DNA of 63,990 bases, filler included, from Octopus bimaculoides (GCF_001194135.2; 8 parts of 6 records of this genome joined end to end with filler, not necessarily neighbours in it); one strand, 5' to 3'. Positions 47,121 through 58,499 are shown, numbered from the whole stretch's first letter. Notes: generated from the letters alone by a model not told the origin. Translations and numbers: made by a program.

Positions 47121-47455
47121 GAAACGAATGAAATTATGAAAATGTTAAGAATGAAGCGCAATGCCCACTCGATCCCCGAAGTCGTGTGGTTACATTTAGT
47201 CATTATTTTGGACAGCTTTTTCCTCTTTTTTTTTTTAATTAAAAAGTTCACATCTTAAATTAAAAAGCTCACCTCATTTTTTTTTATATTGCTCTTATCA
47301 TGTAATCTACCTGTTGTCACGTACCTATACACATTCGTAATACTGCCGGGCTATCCCTCGTTGACTCCTACATAGCACTCAAGTGATTAGCGGAAGATTT
47401 AGCGGCTGTTTCTGTCGGGCCTGTCTACCGTGTTAGAGGTCTCCCACGTTCACTC

Positions 47456-47498
<43 letters not shown>

Positions 47499-48538
47499 GG
47501 CTCATAGGATGTGATTTGTGGGAGATTTGACTGCTATATCGTGTCGATCTACTTTGTAAAGGTTTTATTCGTTTGTGTGTATGCATGTGGTAACTANNNN
47601 NNNNNNNNNNNNNNNNNNNNNNNNNNNNNNNNNNNNNNNNNNNNNNNNNNNNNNNNNNNNNNNNNNNNNNNNNNNNNNNNNNNNNNNNNNNNNNNNNNNN
47701 NNNNNNNNNNNNNNNNNNNNNNNNNNNNNNNNNNNNNNNNNNNNNNNNNNNNNNNNNNNNNNNNNNNNNNNNNNNNNNNNNNNNNNNNNNNNNNNNNNNN
47801 NNNNNNNNNNNNNNNNNNNNNNNNNNNNNNNNNNNNNNNNNNNNNNNNNNNNNNNNNNNNNNNNNNNNNNNNNNNNNNNNNNNNNNNNNNNNNNNNNNNN
47901 NNNNNNNNNNNNNNNNNNNNNNNNNNNNNNNNNNNNNNNNNNNNNNNNNNNNNNNNNNNNNNNNNNNNNNNNNNNNNNNNNNNNNNNNNNNNNNNNNNNN
48001 NNNNNNNNNNNNNNNNNNNNNNNNNNNNNNNNNNNNNNNNNNNNNNNNNNNNNNNNNNNNNNNNNNNNNNNNNNNNNNNNNNNNNNNNNNNNNNNNNNNN
48101 NNNNNNNNNNNNNNNNNNNNNNNNNNNNNNNNNNNNNNNNNNNNNNNNNNNNNNNNNNNNNNNNNNNNNNNNNNNNNNNNNNNNNNNNNNNNNNNNNNNN
48201 NNNNNNNNNNNNNNNNNNNNNNNNNNNNNNNNNNNNNNNNNNNNNNNNNNNNNNNNNNNNNNNNNNNNNNNNNNNNNNNNNNNNNNNNNNNNNNNNNNNN
48301 NNNNNNNNNNNNNNNNNNNNNNNNNNNNNNNNNNNNNNNNNNNNNNNNNNNNNNNNNNNNNNNNNNNNNNNNNNNNNNNNNNNNNNNNNNNNNNNNNNNN
48401 NNNNNNNNNNNNNNNNNNNNNNNNNNNNNNNNNNNNNNNNNNNNNNNNNNNNNNNNNNNNNNNNNNNNNNNNNNNNNNNNNNNNNNNNNNNNNNNNNNNN
48501 NNNNNNNNNNNNNNNNNNNNNNNNNNNNNNNNNNNNNN

Positions 48539-48585
<47 letters not shown>

Positions 48586-48826
48586 GAAATTACAGGCCTT
48601 GTGCCAGAATTTGAAACCACTGCTGTTGTTTCACGTCGTCCGGGAAGTTTTTTTAACAGCTTTAAATTGTTTTAGCTTTTTTTTGTTTTGTCTGTCAACC
48701 ACGCCATTTTCTTTGCTTTTTTTTTTTATTAAACCCTGCGAACCTCGCTAGCTACATTCTACATCCGCTATTGCCACGCCACCATCACCACCTCCACCTT
48801 TCACTTTGCCTCTCTCTTTTTGTCTT

Positions 48827-48865
<39 letters not shown>

Positions 48866-49182
48866 GTCTGTCTTTCACTCTTTCACTTTGTCGTTTACTT
48901 TGTAGTTCTTTTTCTCTTTCACCCTCCCTTTCTCTCCCCCTCTCTCTCTCTCTCTCGCTACTCTAACACTATCAAGATGGTGGTGACGTCGGTATAGGAT
49001 TGTGGTAGTGGTGTTGTTTAACCCCAGGTCAACCCTGAATGAGCAAACCTCTGATTTATGTTCTGTGTTTTTGCTTTGTCAAGGTTAATGAATGAGGGAA
49101 ATTTTGCTGCTATTTCTAGTACTTCAGGTTACATAGACGCAGCCTTGCCCTCTCTATCTCTCTCTCTCTCTGTCATGTAGTC

Positions 49183-49545
49183 GCAGGCATGGTCGTGTAG
49201 TAAGATGTTCGCTTCCCAGCGGTGTGGTTCCATTTTCAGTCCCACTGTGTGGCACCTTGGGCAAGAGTCTCCTTCTCTAACCTTGGGTTGACCAAAGCCC
49301 TGTAAGTAGACAGAATCTGAAAAATAAAAAGCCAGTCGTGTGTGTGTGTGTGTGTCTTCCCTACTGCTTGACAACCGGTGTTGGTTTGTTGACGTCCCCG
49401 TAACTTAGCAGTTCAGCAAAAGGAATTCCGATAGAATAAGTGCCAGGTTTCACGCAAAAAAAAAAGTAAGTATTGGGTCAGCCAAACCATTCAAGTCTGT
49501 GCTCCAGCAAGGCCACAGTCCAGTGACTGACACAAGTAAAAGATA
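49183..49545 (+). mobile_element. Full-length SINE family B (head, (TG)n, tail D)
   Basis: Head through gccagtcg(tg)n, then gcttgacaaccggtgttgg...gatagaataag...gtgctccagcaaggccacagtc...caagtaaaagata. Confidence 0.85.
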
Positions 49546-49559
49546 TATGCACGCACGCA

Positions 49560-49595
<36 letters not shown>

Positions 49596-49844
49596 GATAG
49601 GTATATCATGAGATGCAGTACTTACTCGGGTGCATTGTTGTGTAACTCTATATCATAATATAGAAGAATAAACAGTGTTGCTCTTCTATTACTTCAAGCT
49701 GTTTGCTAAATAGAGCATTCATCAGATGGAGGTGGTTCGATTGTATGGCTTTTTACTTCTGAATGGCAGGCTTTAAGTTAGTGAAAGCATTCACAAATTA
49801 TGTCATGTTTATTAATTTTTATTCAGCTAACTGGACATTCAATT

Positions 49845-50170
49845 CCTCGAGTGTGACCATGGGATTGCACCAAGAAAGTTCCCCTCCAATGCACAAGTCT
49901 GAGCAAGGTTGTTTTGTGGAAGACCAGCAGTCGCCCATGCATACCAGCCTCTCTTCTCCATGCTGCTGATGATATCCAAGGGAAAGGCAAAGGGGTCCGA
50001 TACAGCTTGGCACCAGTGAAGAGTCGCAACTCATTTCTACAGCTGAGTGAACTGGAGCAACGTGAAATAAAGTGTCTTGCTCAAGAACACAACACACCGC
50101 CTGGTCCGGGAATTGAACTCACTACCTCATGATTGCGAGCCCTATGCTCTAACCACTGAGCCATGCACCT
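49845..50170 (-). mobile_element. tRNA-derived SINE family H with a CORE-like central block
   Basis: Minus strand: aggtgcatggctcagtggttagagc..gagttcaattcccgg..tgtgttcttgagcaagacactttatttcacgttgctccagttcactcagctgtagaaatg. Confidence 0.8.
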
Positions 50171-51149
50171 GGACATGAATAGGTGTCTTACTGAATAGGT
50201 GAATGCATGGATTACCCACCTGGGAAGAGAGGGAGGGAGGGAGGGAAAAATACACATACATTTTTGAATATATTCAGAGATGCTGGTGTGAATGTATGTG
50301 TATATATGCACATTCTCTCTCTCACACTCACACATCGAGTACAGGCAAGACCTAATGGCTAGAAAAGTTTCTTCTCAGTCTTATGCATGGATTCGGGTTT
50401 GATCTGGCTGGTGCTAGGAAGTGGTGGGGCCCAGTTAGAGAATTGTCAGTAGGGCCCCTCTATTCTACAAAAGTTGAAAACTGATGTTTTATGCTTTGTG
50501 TAGTATGCAAATCCTAGCCACAAAGTGTTGAGGGTTTTGGTATACTAAAAAATAACCATAGTGTCCTCCATTCGAGTGAGGGACCCTCTCTTTCGCGGGG
50601 CCAAATTTGAACAAATCTGTCTAATTGTCTTAAAAGAGTTCTCAGCTGCTTACGTTGTCATATGAGAATTGGAAATTGTACAGAAGCTTGTCAGATAGAC
50701 TGTATATGTTAACTCCAAGGTCCTGTAATTGTTGCACTGTCTCACTGTAGTTCTGTCTGAGGACTGTGTTAATAGTACCAGTGTCTGTGAAATACTCAAC
50801 CACATGTGCAATAAAATACAATGACTGTTCAGTGCCAATGTTTATTAGATGGTGGATGGAATACTCATTAGAAAACTGACACTAGATTCATTAAATACAC
50901 CCACACACACACACACACACATTCACACAGGTTGTTTGTGGGTATACAGAAAAATATAGCTTAAAGGCTAATGACTCATTATAGGTTTAGTTTAAAAAGC
51001 AAATGTGTCATGAAAGATTTTAATTAAAAAAAAAATATTCTAATTACCGTTACTGTATGCTTTGTGATACCTAATTGTAAAATTCGCTAAATCTTTGAAT
51101 CTTGTTGATTCAACCTCAGAGCATAGTGTTTGCTCGGTTTTGGTGCTGG

Positions 51150-51685
51150 GCTTGTTCACTTGCCTGTCTGCTCAGCCTCAGCACTGGGCCTGTCTGCTCG
51201 TCCTCAGGGCTGAGCCTGTCTGCTCGTCCTCGGGACTGGGCCTCTCTGCTCGGCCTCGCGATTGAGCCTGTCTGCTCAGCCTCAGCACTGGACCTGTCTG
51301 CACAACCTCGGAGCTGGACCTGTCTGCATGGCTTTGGAGCTGGGCCCATCCACACAGCCATGGAATGGAGCTGGGCCCGTCCACACAGCCTTGGAGCTTG
51401 GCCCCGTTTGCTCAGCCTCAAAACTAGGCCCTATTTACCTGACCTCTGAGCTTGGCACCATTCGCTCGGCCTCAAAGATTGACTCTGTTTCCTTGGCCTT
51501 GTTGGCGCCATAGCTTGGCCTTGGAGCTTGGCGCCATTTGCTCAGCCTCTGAGCTTGGTGCCGTTTGTTTTTCTCGGAGCTTGGCACCTTTTGCTCGGCC
51601 TTGGAGCTTGGCGTCGTTTGCTCGGCCTTGGAGCTTGGCACCGTTTGCTCAGCCTCGGAGCTGGGCCTGTTTGTTCGACCTCAAA
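51150..51685. repeat. GC-rich degenerate 27-bp minisatellite (~20 units)
   Basis: The unit is like gagcttggcaccgtttgctcagcctcg. It reads ELGTVCSAS on + and e.g. SSKAEQTVP on -, with frameshifts. Confidence 0.9.
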
Positions 51686-52271
51686 CAGGTTTAGTTAGGG
51701 TTAGTTACTGTGCAGAAAAACCCTTCATTGTCTTATACCTACATATACATACATGCCTAAGGTAGTAGGGTGTGATTTGTCTACTATTTCTAACATGTCT
51801 TCCTATCACATAGAAGTCTCTTTTATTGGCTCATACATGCATTATATGTACATAAGACAGCTGGGTGGGATTTGCCAGAAATTTGGCTGCTATATCGAAC
51901 AGATCGACCCACATGCAGAGTTTTCTCTTTTTAGCTCATATATGAAGTATACATAGATAAGACAATGTGTAATTCAATGGACATTTGGTTGCTATTTCTA
52001 CAGACATCTGTGGACCCCTGCCTTATTGGCTTGCACATGCATTGTACATGCACAAAGCAGTCAGTAAGGTATAATTGATAGATTTGGCTGCTGTTTCTAG
52101 CAGGTTTCCTTTGTTGTTCCATGTTTCATCAGTACTGACCCTAGATGAACTTTTGTTATACAAACATGTGCTGTGCTAACGTATGAATAATGAATACGTT
52201 ATTGTCAGTGGCCTAGAAGAGTAAGGGATGAGCCCATAACCTTCAGTAGCTGTTGTCATCACTATGTTTGT

Positions 52272-52430
52272 CATCATTATCGTTATTTAATGTTCGTTTT
52301 GCCATACTGGCATGGCTCTTGGCATGGGTAGGATGGTTTGACCACAGCTGGAGGAGCCAGAGAGCTGCGACAGGTTCCAATCTGATTTAGCTCGATTGCT
52401 GGATGCTCTTTCTGTCACCAACACTTCCCT
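52272..52430 (-). mobile_element. Family C (RTE-like tail) copy
   Basis: catcattatcgttatttaatgttcgttttgccatactggcatg...ggatggtttgacc...ctggatgctcttt. Confidence 0.6.
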
Positions 52431-52560
52431 GTTTCCAAGTGACATGATATTTGCTCATGGCCAGACATGTTTTCATGGCAGATTGGAAATGGACACCGGT
52501 TGCAAGTTGGTGACACTCATTTACACCTCTCGTAAACTCAAGGCAAGGAGATAGTAACAC

Positions 52561-52598
<38 letters not shown>

Positions 52599-52600
<2 letters not shown>

Positions 52601-52878
52601 GCTTCTTTCAGTTTCCATCTACCAAATCCACTCTCATCGCTTTGGTCAATTGATGGCTATAACTGAAGACACCTGCCCGAGGTGCCACACAGTGGGACTG
52701 ACCCCAGAACCTATACCTATAAGATAGCATAAGGCTTGAAATTTGGTAGGAAGGGGACTAGTCAATCATGTCAACCCCCACAACTCCAAGAGGACCTTGA
52801 AGGAAATTGAAATCAGAATGTAAAGAGTCAGAAGAAATGCTGCAGAGGATTTTGTCTGGCATATTACCGATTCTGCTA
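52599..52878 (-). mobile_element. SINE family B head fragment (52599-52711) next to a degenerate family A copy (52731-52878)
   Basis: gcttctttcagtttccatctaccaaatccact...gtgggactgacccc; and aaggcttgaaatttgg..ggggactagtc..gaaatcagaatgtaaag. Confidence 0.65.
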
Positions 52879-53365
52879 TTTCATCACTGTACATACAAAC
52901 GTGTGCGTGTGTTCATGTTTCCTTGTTTTGATGCCATGTTTAAATTGTTAATGAACATTATTATCTTACAAGCAATGTTGTTTGTAATCTTCTGTGAAAA
53001 CCTGCATGGTCATTGTGCTGTTCATTTTCGAAAGACTAATGGATATATTATTACCTTGCTTGGAAGCAGTTGGGCATTAGTGACTGGAAGAACATCCAGC
53101 CACAGGAAGCCTGCCTCATCTAATTTTGTCTGACCCATGCTAGTATGGACAAGTGGACATTAAAACAATGCAGCGTTACTACCAGTTCAAATATTCTTGT
53201 GGCACGTTTGAATCTATAAACAAGCTATTCACTGTTTTGTCATGGAGAAAATTCTTCGCTGCTAAGAATTTTGCCTGGCATGCTAGCAATTCTGCCAGCT
53301 CACTGTCTTATAAGTGCTAAATATTAACATTCAATTGTAAAATACTGTGAAAATGCAAAAAAAAG

Positions 53366-53710
53366 TTACCATATTTCTGTTGAGATGCTCTGTGCTTCTT
53401 TCAATTAATTTTAAATATAACAAAGAATTTAGTAAAATAACTTAGTTGTCATTAAGCTAATGTTAGGACCATAAATTGTGACTAAGGTTTGGTGGAAGAT
53501 TTTATATTCAAAACTTATGAAACTAAGACATTTGTACTCCAGAGCCAGAGGTGGTTTCAACCAGGTTGGTATCAAAAAGGGTTAAGAATTGTTTCTCTAT
53601 TGTATATTTTAACCCTCTTGTTACCATATTTCTGTTGAGATGCTGTGTTTCATTCAATTAATTTTGAATATAACAAAGAATTAAATAAAATAACTTTGTT
53701 ATCATTAAGC
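53366..53710 (+). mobile_element. Two piggyBac-like (TTAA) MITE copies; the second is truncated by a SINE tail
   Basis: The first ends ggtatcaaaaagggTTAA (53585). The second starts TTAAccctcttgttaccatatttctgttgagatg (53609). About 100 bp are shared between them. Confidence 0.6.
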
Positions 53711-53711
53711 T

Positions 53712-53935
53712 GGTGTAGGTTTGTTTATATCCACCATAGCTTAACAGTTTAGCTAAAGTGACCAATAGTATAATTACCGGTCTTAAAAATAAGTGCTGGG
53801 GTCGATTTGGTTGACGAAAGCCTTCAAGGTGGTGCTGTAGCATGGCCACAGTCGGATGATGGAAACGAGTAAAAGAAGGAAGATAGCGGTGCTCCAGCAT
53901 GGCCACAGTCAAATGACCGTAACGAGTAAAAGATA
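53712..53935 (+). mobile_element. SINE family B tail D with a duplicated terminal segment
   Basis: ggtgctgtagcatggccacagtc..cgagtaaaaga occurs twice. Confidence 0.7.
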
Positions 53936-54024
53936 TCTGAGATATCAAAATGGCTACTCACAAATACACGTACAACAAACAGTTTAGCTTGAGTCAACAA
54001 AAGGAGTCTTTTGTGGGATCACTT

Positions 54025-54190
54025 GACCTACTAGAAATAGCAGCAACTAAAATGCCTTCACATCACATTCTATTGTCTTGTAAAAAAAAAAAAAAAAAAT
54101 GAATAGCAGAAATAAAGACATGGTGGTCACAGCTGGGACACATTGATTATATATTTGTTGCATCAAGGGTGACCCAGGACTAAACAACAA
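54025..54190 (-). mobile_element. Repeat family I copy (the only clear minus-strand one)
   Basis: ctagaaatagcagcaactaaaat...cagctgg...atcaagggtgacccaggactaaacaacaa. Confidence 0.55.
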
Positions 54191-54220
54191 GGAATAATCT
54201 GTTAGATAAAGTCCAAGAGA

Positions 54221-54559
54221 CGTGGCTGTGTGGTAAGAAGCTTGCTTCCCAACCGCATGGGTCCAGGTTCAATCCCAATGTTTGACACCTTGGGCAAGTG
54301 TCTTCTACTATCGCCTCGGGCTGACCAAAGCTTTGTGAGTAGATTTGGTAGCTGCCCCTCGGAATACATATATATTCTTTATTCTTTTACTTGTTTCAGT
54401 CGTTTTTCTGCAGCCATGTTGGAGCATCGCCTTTAGTCGAACGAATCGACTCCAGGACTTATTCTTTGTAAGCCTGGTACTTATTCTATCAGTCTCTTTT
54501 CGCCGAACTCCTAAGTTACGGGGACATAAACACACCAGCATTCGTTTTTAAGCGATGTT

Positions 54560-54570
<11 letters not shown>
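54221..54570. mobile_element. SINE B head (+, 54221-54352) followed by tail D in reverse orientation (-, 54372-54570)
   Basis: gtggctgtgtggtaagaagcttgcttcccaacc...; tattcttttacttgtttcagtc...gcgatgttgggac. Confidence 0.85.
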
Positions 54571-54597
<27 letters not shown>

Positions 54598-54600
<3 letters not shown>

Positions 54601-54801
54601 GCCTTCGTGCAGGTGACACGTAAAAGCACCTACTACACTCTCTGAGTGGTTGGCATTAGGAAGGGCATCCAGCTGTAGAAACTCTGCCAAATTTAGATTG
54701 GAGCCTGGTGTTGCCATCCGGTTTCACCAGTCCTCAGTCAAATCGTCCAACCCATGCTAGCATGGAAAGCAGACGTTAAACGATGATGATGATGATGATG
54801 A
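54598..54801 (+). mobile_element. Family C (RTE-like tail) copy with (GAT)n
   Basis: gtgcaggtgacacgtaaaagcacc..ggcattaggaagggcatccagctg..gcatggaaagcagacgttaaac(gat)n. Confidence 0.85.
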
Positions 54802-54816
54802 TATATATATATATAT

Positions 54817-54990
54817 GGGAGAATTTACGAATAAAAGCAACAGACGAAGACAGGTGGTGTAAACAACAAATGGATGTATTAGTTTAACGCTCCGGAATAG
54901 AGATAGTCTTTGACGTTTCGAGCCTACGCTCTTCAACAGAAAGAAACAAGGAGAAAAAAAATATATAAATGTAGTGGTCAGCGATCTATC
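54817..54990 (-). mobile_element. PLE terminal-repeat-derived short element with the best-preserved hammerhead-like fold
   Basis: Minus 54944->54907: TCTTT-CTGTTGA-A-GAGC-GTAG-GCTC-GAAAC-GTC-AAAGA. Ends in (TA)n. Confidence 0.75.
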
Positions 54991-55004
54991 TATGTGTGTG
55001 CCTT

Positions 55005-55196
55005 TGTGTCTGTTTGTCCCCCACCACTGCTTGGCAACCGGTGTTGGTGTGTTTGCATTCTCGTAACTTAGCAGTTTGGCAAAAGAGATTGATAGAATAA
55101 GTACGAGGCTTTAAAAAATAAGTCCTGGGGTCGAATCTGACTAATACCCTTCAAGGCGATGCCCCAGCATATATAACTGAAACAAGAGATAAAGAA
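55005..55196 (+). mobile_element. SINE family B tail D
   Basis: gtttgtcccccaccactgcttggcaacc...aataagtcctggggtcga...gatgccccagcat. Confidence 0.8.
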
Positions 55197-55329
55197 GTGG
55201 GAGAGACAGGTGGATATTGCTCATATATTGGACGTAATAGGGCGTATTATTTACATACCTGGAACACGGGGGGAGGGGTATATTGCTTGCATATCTAATA
55301 CACATTAGGGTGTACTCTTTGTACATAGT

Positions 55330-55492
55330 ACACTCTGTGAAGTATTTAGCGATAGGAAGAGCATCCAGCTGTAGAATCCAAGCCAAAACAGTCTATGGAA
55401 CCTGGTGTGGCCCCCTGGCCTTGCCAGTTTCTGCCAAGCCATCCAACCCATGCCAGCATGGAAAAACGGACGTCAAATGTTGATGATGATGA
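55330..55492 (+). mobile_element. Family C (RTE-like tail) copy
   Basis: aggaagagcatccagctgtagaa...ccaacccatgccagcatggaaaaacggacgtcaaatg(ttg/atg)n. Confidence 0.8.
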
Positions 55493-55544
55493 GTCAGTCA
55501 TTAGACTGTGGGTAGACTGGAACACTGCCTCAACAAATTTTAAT

Positions 55545-56219
55545 CGAATGTATCATTGAGCCTGGTACTTTTTTTTGTTTTGTTTTGCTTTGTTTTGTTT
55601 TGTTTTACACTTGGTGCTTATTCTTTTATCAATGTTTTTATCTTGCTGAACTGCTAAGTTAACCACACCAACACTGGTTGTCAAGCAGTAGTGAGACAGG
55701 AACGCGCGCACACACACACGCACACGCACACGCACACGCACACGCACACACACAGAGTTTTGGTCAGCTGTAATTGAAGGCACCCCAGGTGTCACACAGT
55801 TGGACTGAACCCAGAACCATGTGATAAGAAGCTAGCTTATCACACAGCCACACCTAACACACATTGAAGACATCTAGGACATTATAGCTGCTACATTCAC
55901 ACACAGACACACAAGGCCTTGGTCAGCCCAAGGCTATAATAGAAAGCACTTACCCAAGGTGTCATACAGTGGGACTGAACCCAGAACCATGTGATAAGAA
56001 GGTAGCTTATCTGGGACATTACAGCTGCTACGTTCACACACAAACACACATACATACACACAAGGCCTTGGTTAGCCCAAGGCTATAATAGAAAACACCC
56101 AAGGTATCACACAGTGGGACTGAACCCAGAACCATGTGGTTGGAAAACAAGCATCTTACCACACAGCTATGCCTGACAGATTGAAGACATCTGGGACATT
56201 ACAGCTGCTACATTCACAG

Positions 56220-56222
<3 letters not shown>
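55545..56222 (-). mobile_element. SINE family B (tail D plus head), followed by a local triplication of a ~150-bp head segment
   Basis: ggactgaacccagaaccatgtg occurs at about 55802, 55971 and 56117; ggacatta.agctgctac.ttcac occurs three times. Confidence 0.75.
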
Positions 56223-56284
<62 letters not shown>

Positions 56285-56824
56285 GTATTGTAGACCACGT
56301 CCACTTGGAATCAAAACTACACCCCTCCAGTTCAGCTGAAAACCTTCACACTTTATTTATAAATGCCAGTTTTTTTTGTTTGTTTTTTTGAAACGTTTGA
56401 CCTTTTGTGTAATCTCGAATCTTTCTAACCTCCAAACTGGTTACCAAAACTTCACCTTCTGAACCCCATTACAACCAACTAGTTCACTAGTAATACAATC
56501 ATGTTCTCTATCTGTTGTCTGTTGTTACAAATCTTCTGCAAATTGCTAGGGTTTTTTTTTTTTGTGTGTGTGGGCAGGGGCAGTATCTGTGCCTTTCACA
56601 ATTCTACCTCTCTTCCCATGTCGTGTGTGACTGGTGAGATTGATGTGGTTTATGTTTGCATTCTGCTTGAACGTTTGTGGAAAGGTGGTGGTGTGCAAAG
56701 GGAATTCTAGAGTGTTAGTGTGAGTGAGGCTTAGTGAGAGAGGGAGGGATGGGGGCAGGGATGCTGAGAGGAGGTTGAGGGGAGATGGACAAATATACAT
56801 AATATTATGTTATACATTTATTAC

Positions 56825-57090
56825 ATGGTGTGTGGATTAGTGGTTCGGTTGGTCCCACCCCTGATCGCTAGACCATGGGTTCGATTCCTGGACTGGGCTG
56901 TTTGTTGTGGTCTTGAGCAAAACCCTTCATTTCATGTTGCTCCAGTTCCCCTTTTGATCAGGGGAGAATGTTGGGTCTGCTTGCCTAGCCAGTGGGTTGG
57001 CGTCATTTGAAGGCTAAAATGATGCAAAGCGCATTGTGACCAGTGATGTGTAACATTTGATTGTCTGGTCAGTCACATGGTCATATGATA
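56825..57090 (+). mobile_element. Family H-related tRNA SINE with a different tail
   Basis: tgtggattagtggtt..gggttcgattcctggactgggc..tgtggtcttgagcaaaacccttcatttcatgttgctccagtt..gcaaagcgcattgtgaccag. Confidence 0.65.
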
Positions 57091-57166
57091 TTTATTGCAT
57101 TATAATTAATGAAATTCAAAGAAATTGTGTTATTTGTTTAGTTTTCTAAGAAAAAAAATGCTTTTG

Positions 57167-57216
<50 letters not shown>

Positions 57217-57470
57217 NNNNNNNNNNNNNNNNNNNNNNNNNNNNNNNNNNNNNNNNNNNNNNNNNNNNNNNNNNNNNNNNNNNNNNNNNNNNNNNNNNNN
57301 NNNNNNNNNNNNNNNNNNNNNNNNNNNNNNNNNNNNNNNNNNNNNNNNNNNNNNNNNNNNNNNNNNNNNNNNNNNNNNNNNNNNNNNNNNNNNNNNNNNN
57401 NNNNNNNNNNNNNNNNNNNNNNNNNNNNNNNNNNNNNNNNNNNNNNNNNNNNNNNNNNNNNNNNNNNNNN

Positions 57471-57510
<40 letters not shown>

Positions 57511-57698
57511 GGGTGGGAAGCAAGTAGAAATTCTGGGTCACATGATCTATGATGACCTTTCAGTGGTGACTTTGTGTCTATAATGATTGGTCCTCTGTCA
57601 GTTTCAATGATAAGCATTCAATAGTTTGCTCACCTGAATTTTTGATTGATTAAAATAATGTATGTGTGAGTGGCTGGGTATTCCAGAGATGTGTACCC

Positions 57699-57830
57699 TT
57701 AACCCTTTTGCTGTCAACCCCATCTGAAACCTTCCCTGATTCTGTAATACAAATTCCCTGTTTTGAAATGATCTCAATTTAAATCTGCCAATATTTCATG
57801 CTAATTAAAGCTCCTACTATCAGCTCCTTA
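57699..57830 (+). mobile_element. piggyBac-like MITE left end, inserted at a TTAA inside a family F fragment
   Basis: gagtggctgggtattccagagatgtgtaccc-TTAA-cccttttg. The upstream part matches family F ...cacgtgtacccttaac. Confidence 0.45.
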
Positions 57831-57900
57831 ATGAGTTTTTTTTTTTCCTGAATTCCTCTTCCTCATGATGATGTGATGCCAAGATAGACACATGTGTATA

Positions 57901-58035
57901 GCAGGCTTCTTTTAGTTTCCATCCACCAGATCCACTTGCAAGGCTTTGGTCAGCTTGAAGCTACAGTAGAATCCGCTTGCCCAAGCTACCATGCAGTGGG
58001 ACTGAACCTTAGACCAGCGTGGTTGGGCAGCAACT
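57901..58035 (-). mobile_element. SINE family B head
   Basis: gcaggcttcttttagtttccatccaccagatccact...gcagtgggactgaacc...ggttgggcagcaac. Confidence 0.75.
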
Positions 58036-58499
58036 ATCAGAATGACTGATGACTTGTGCGGTGACTATCTTGTCCTCTGCTCTTAAGAGTGTGTGACTGC
58101 AGCCGCATTCCTGTCTCTTGAATCTTCAGGGTGTCTTGCAGAGTCTGGCAGATCCAGTCTTCACGTCCATAGATAAGCAAGCCCTAATCTACTAACTGAC
58201 CCAGATTTGGGTCCTTCATAGGTGTTACTACTCCAATTTAGATCTTTGAACAATAGTGACTAAATGGTGGTTCTGCATTCCTCAAAACCTTAGAAGTTCC
58301 AAACCAGGGTGTCACTACCAGATGCAGTTTGAAGTCATGCCCAGCACACACACACACACACACACACATGCTTGCTTTCCTCTCACACATACATACACAC
58401 ACTTGTATATCATACACACATACTTGTATACCATACACACACACACACACACTTGTATACCATGCACACACACACATACATTGAATACAATCTTCATTC

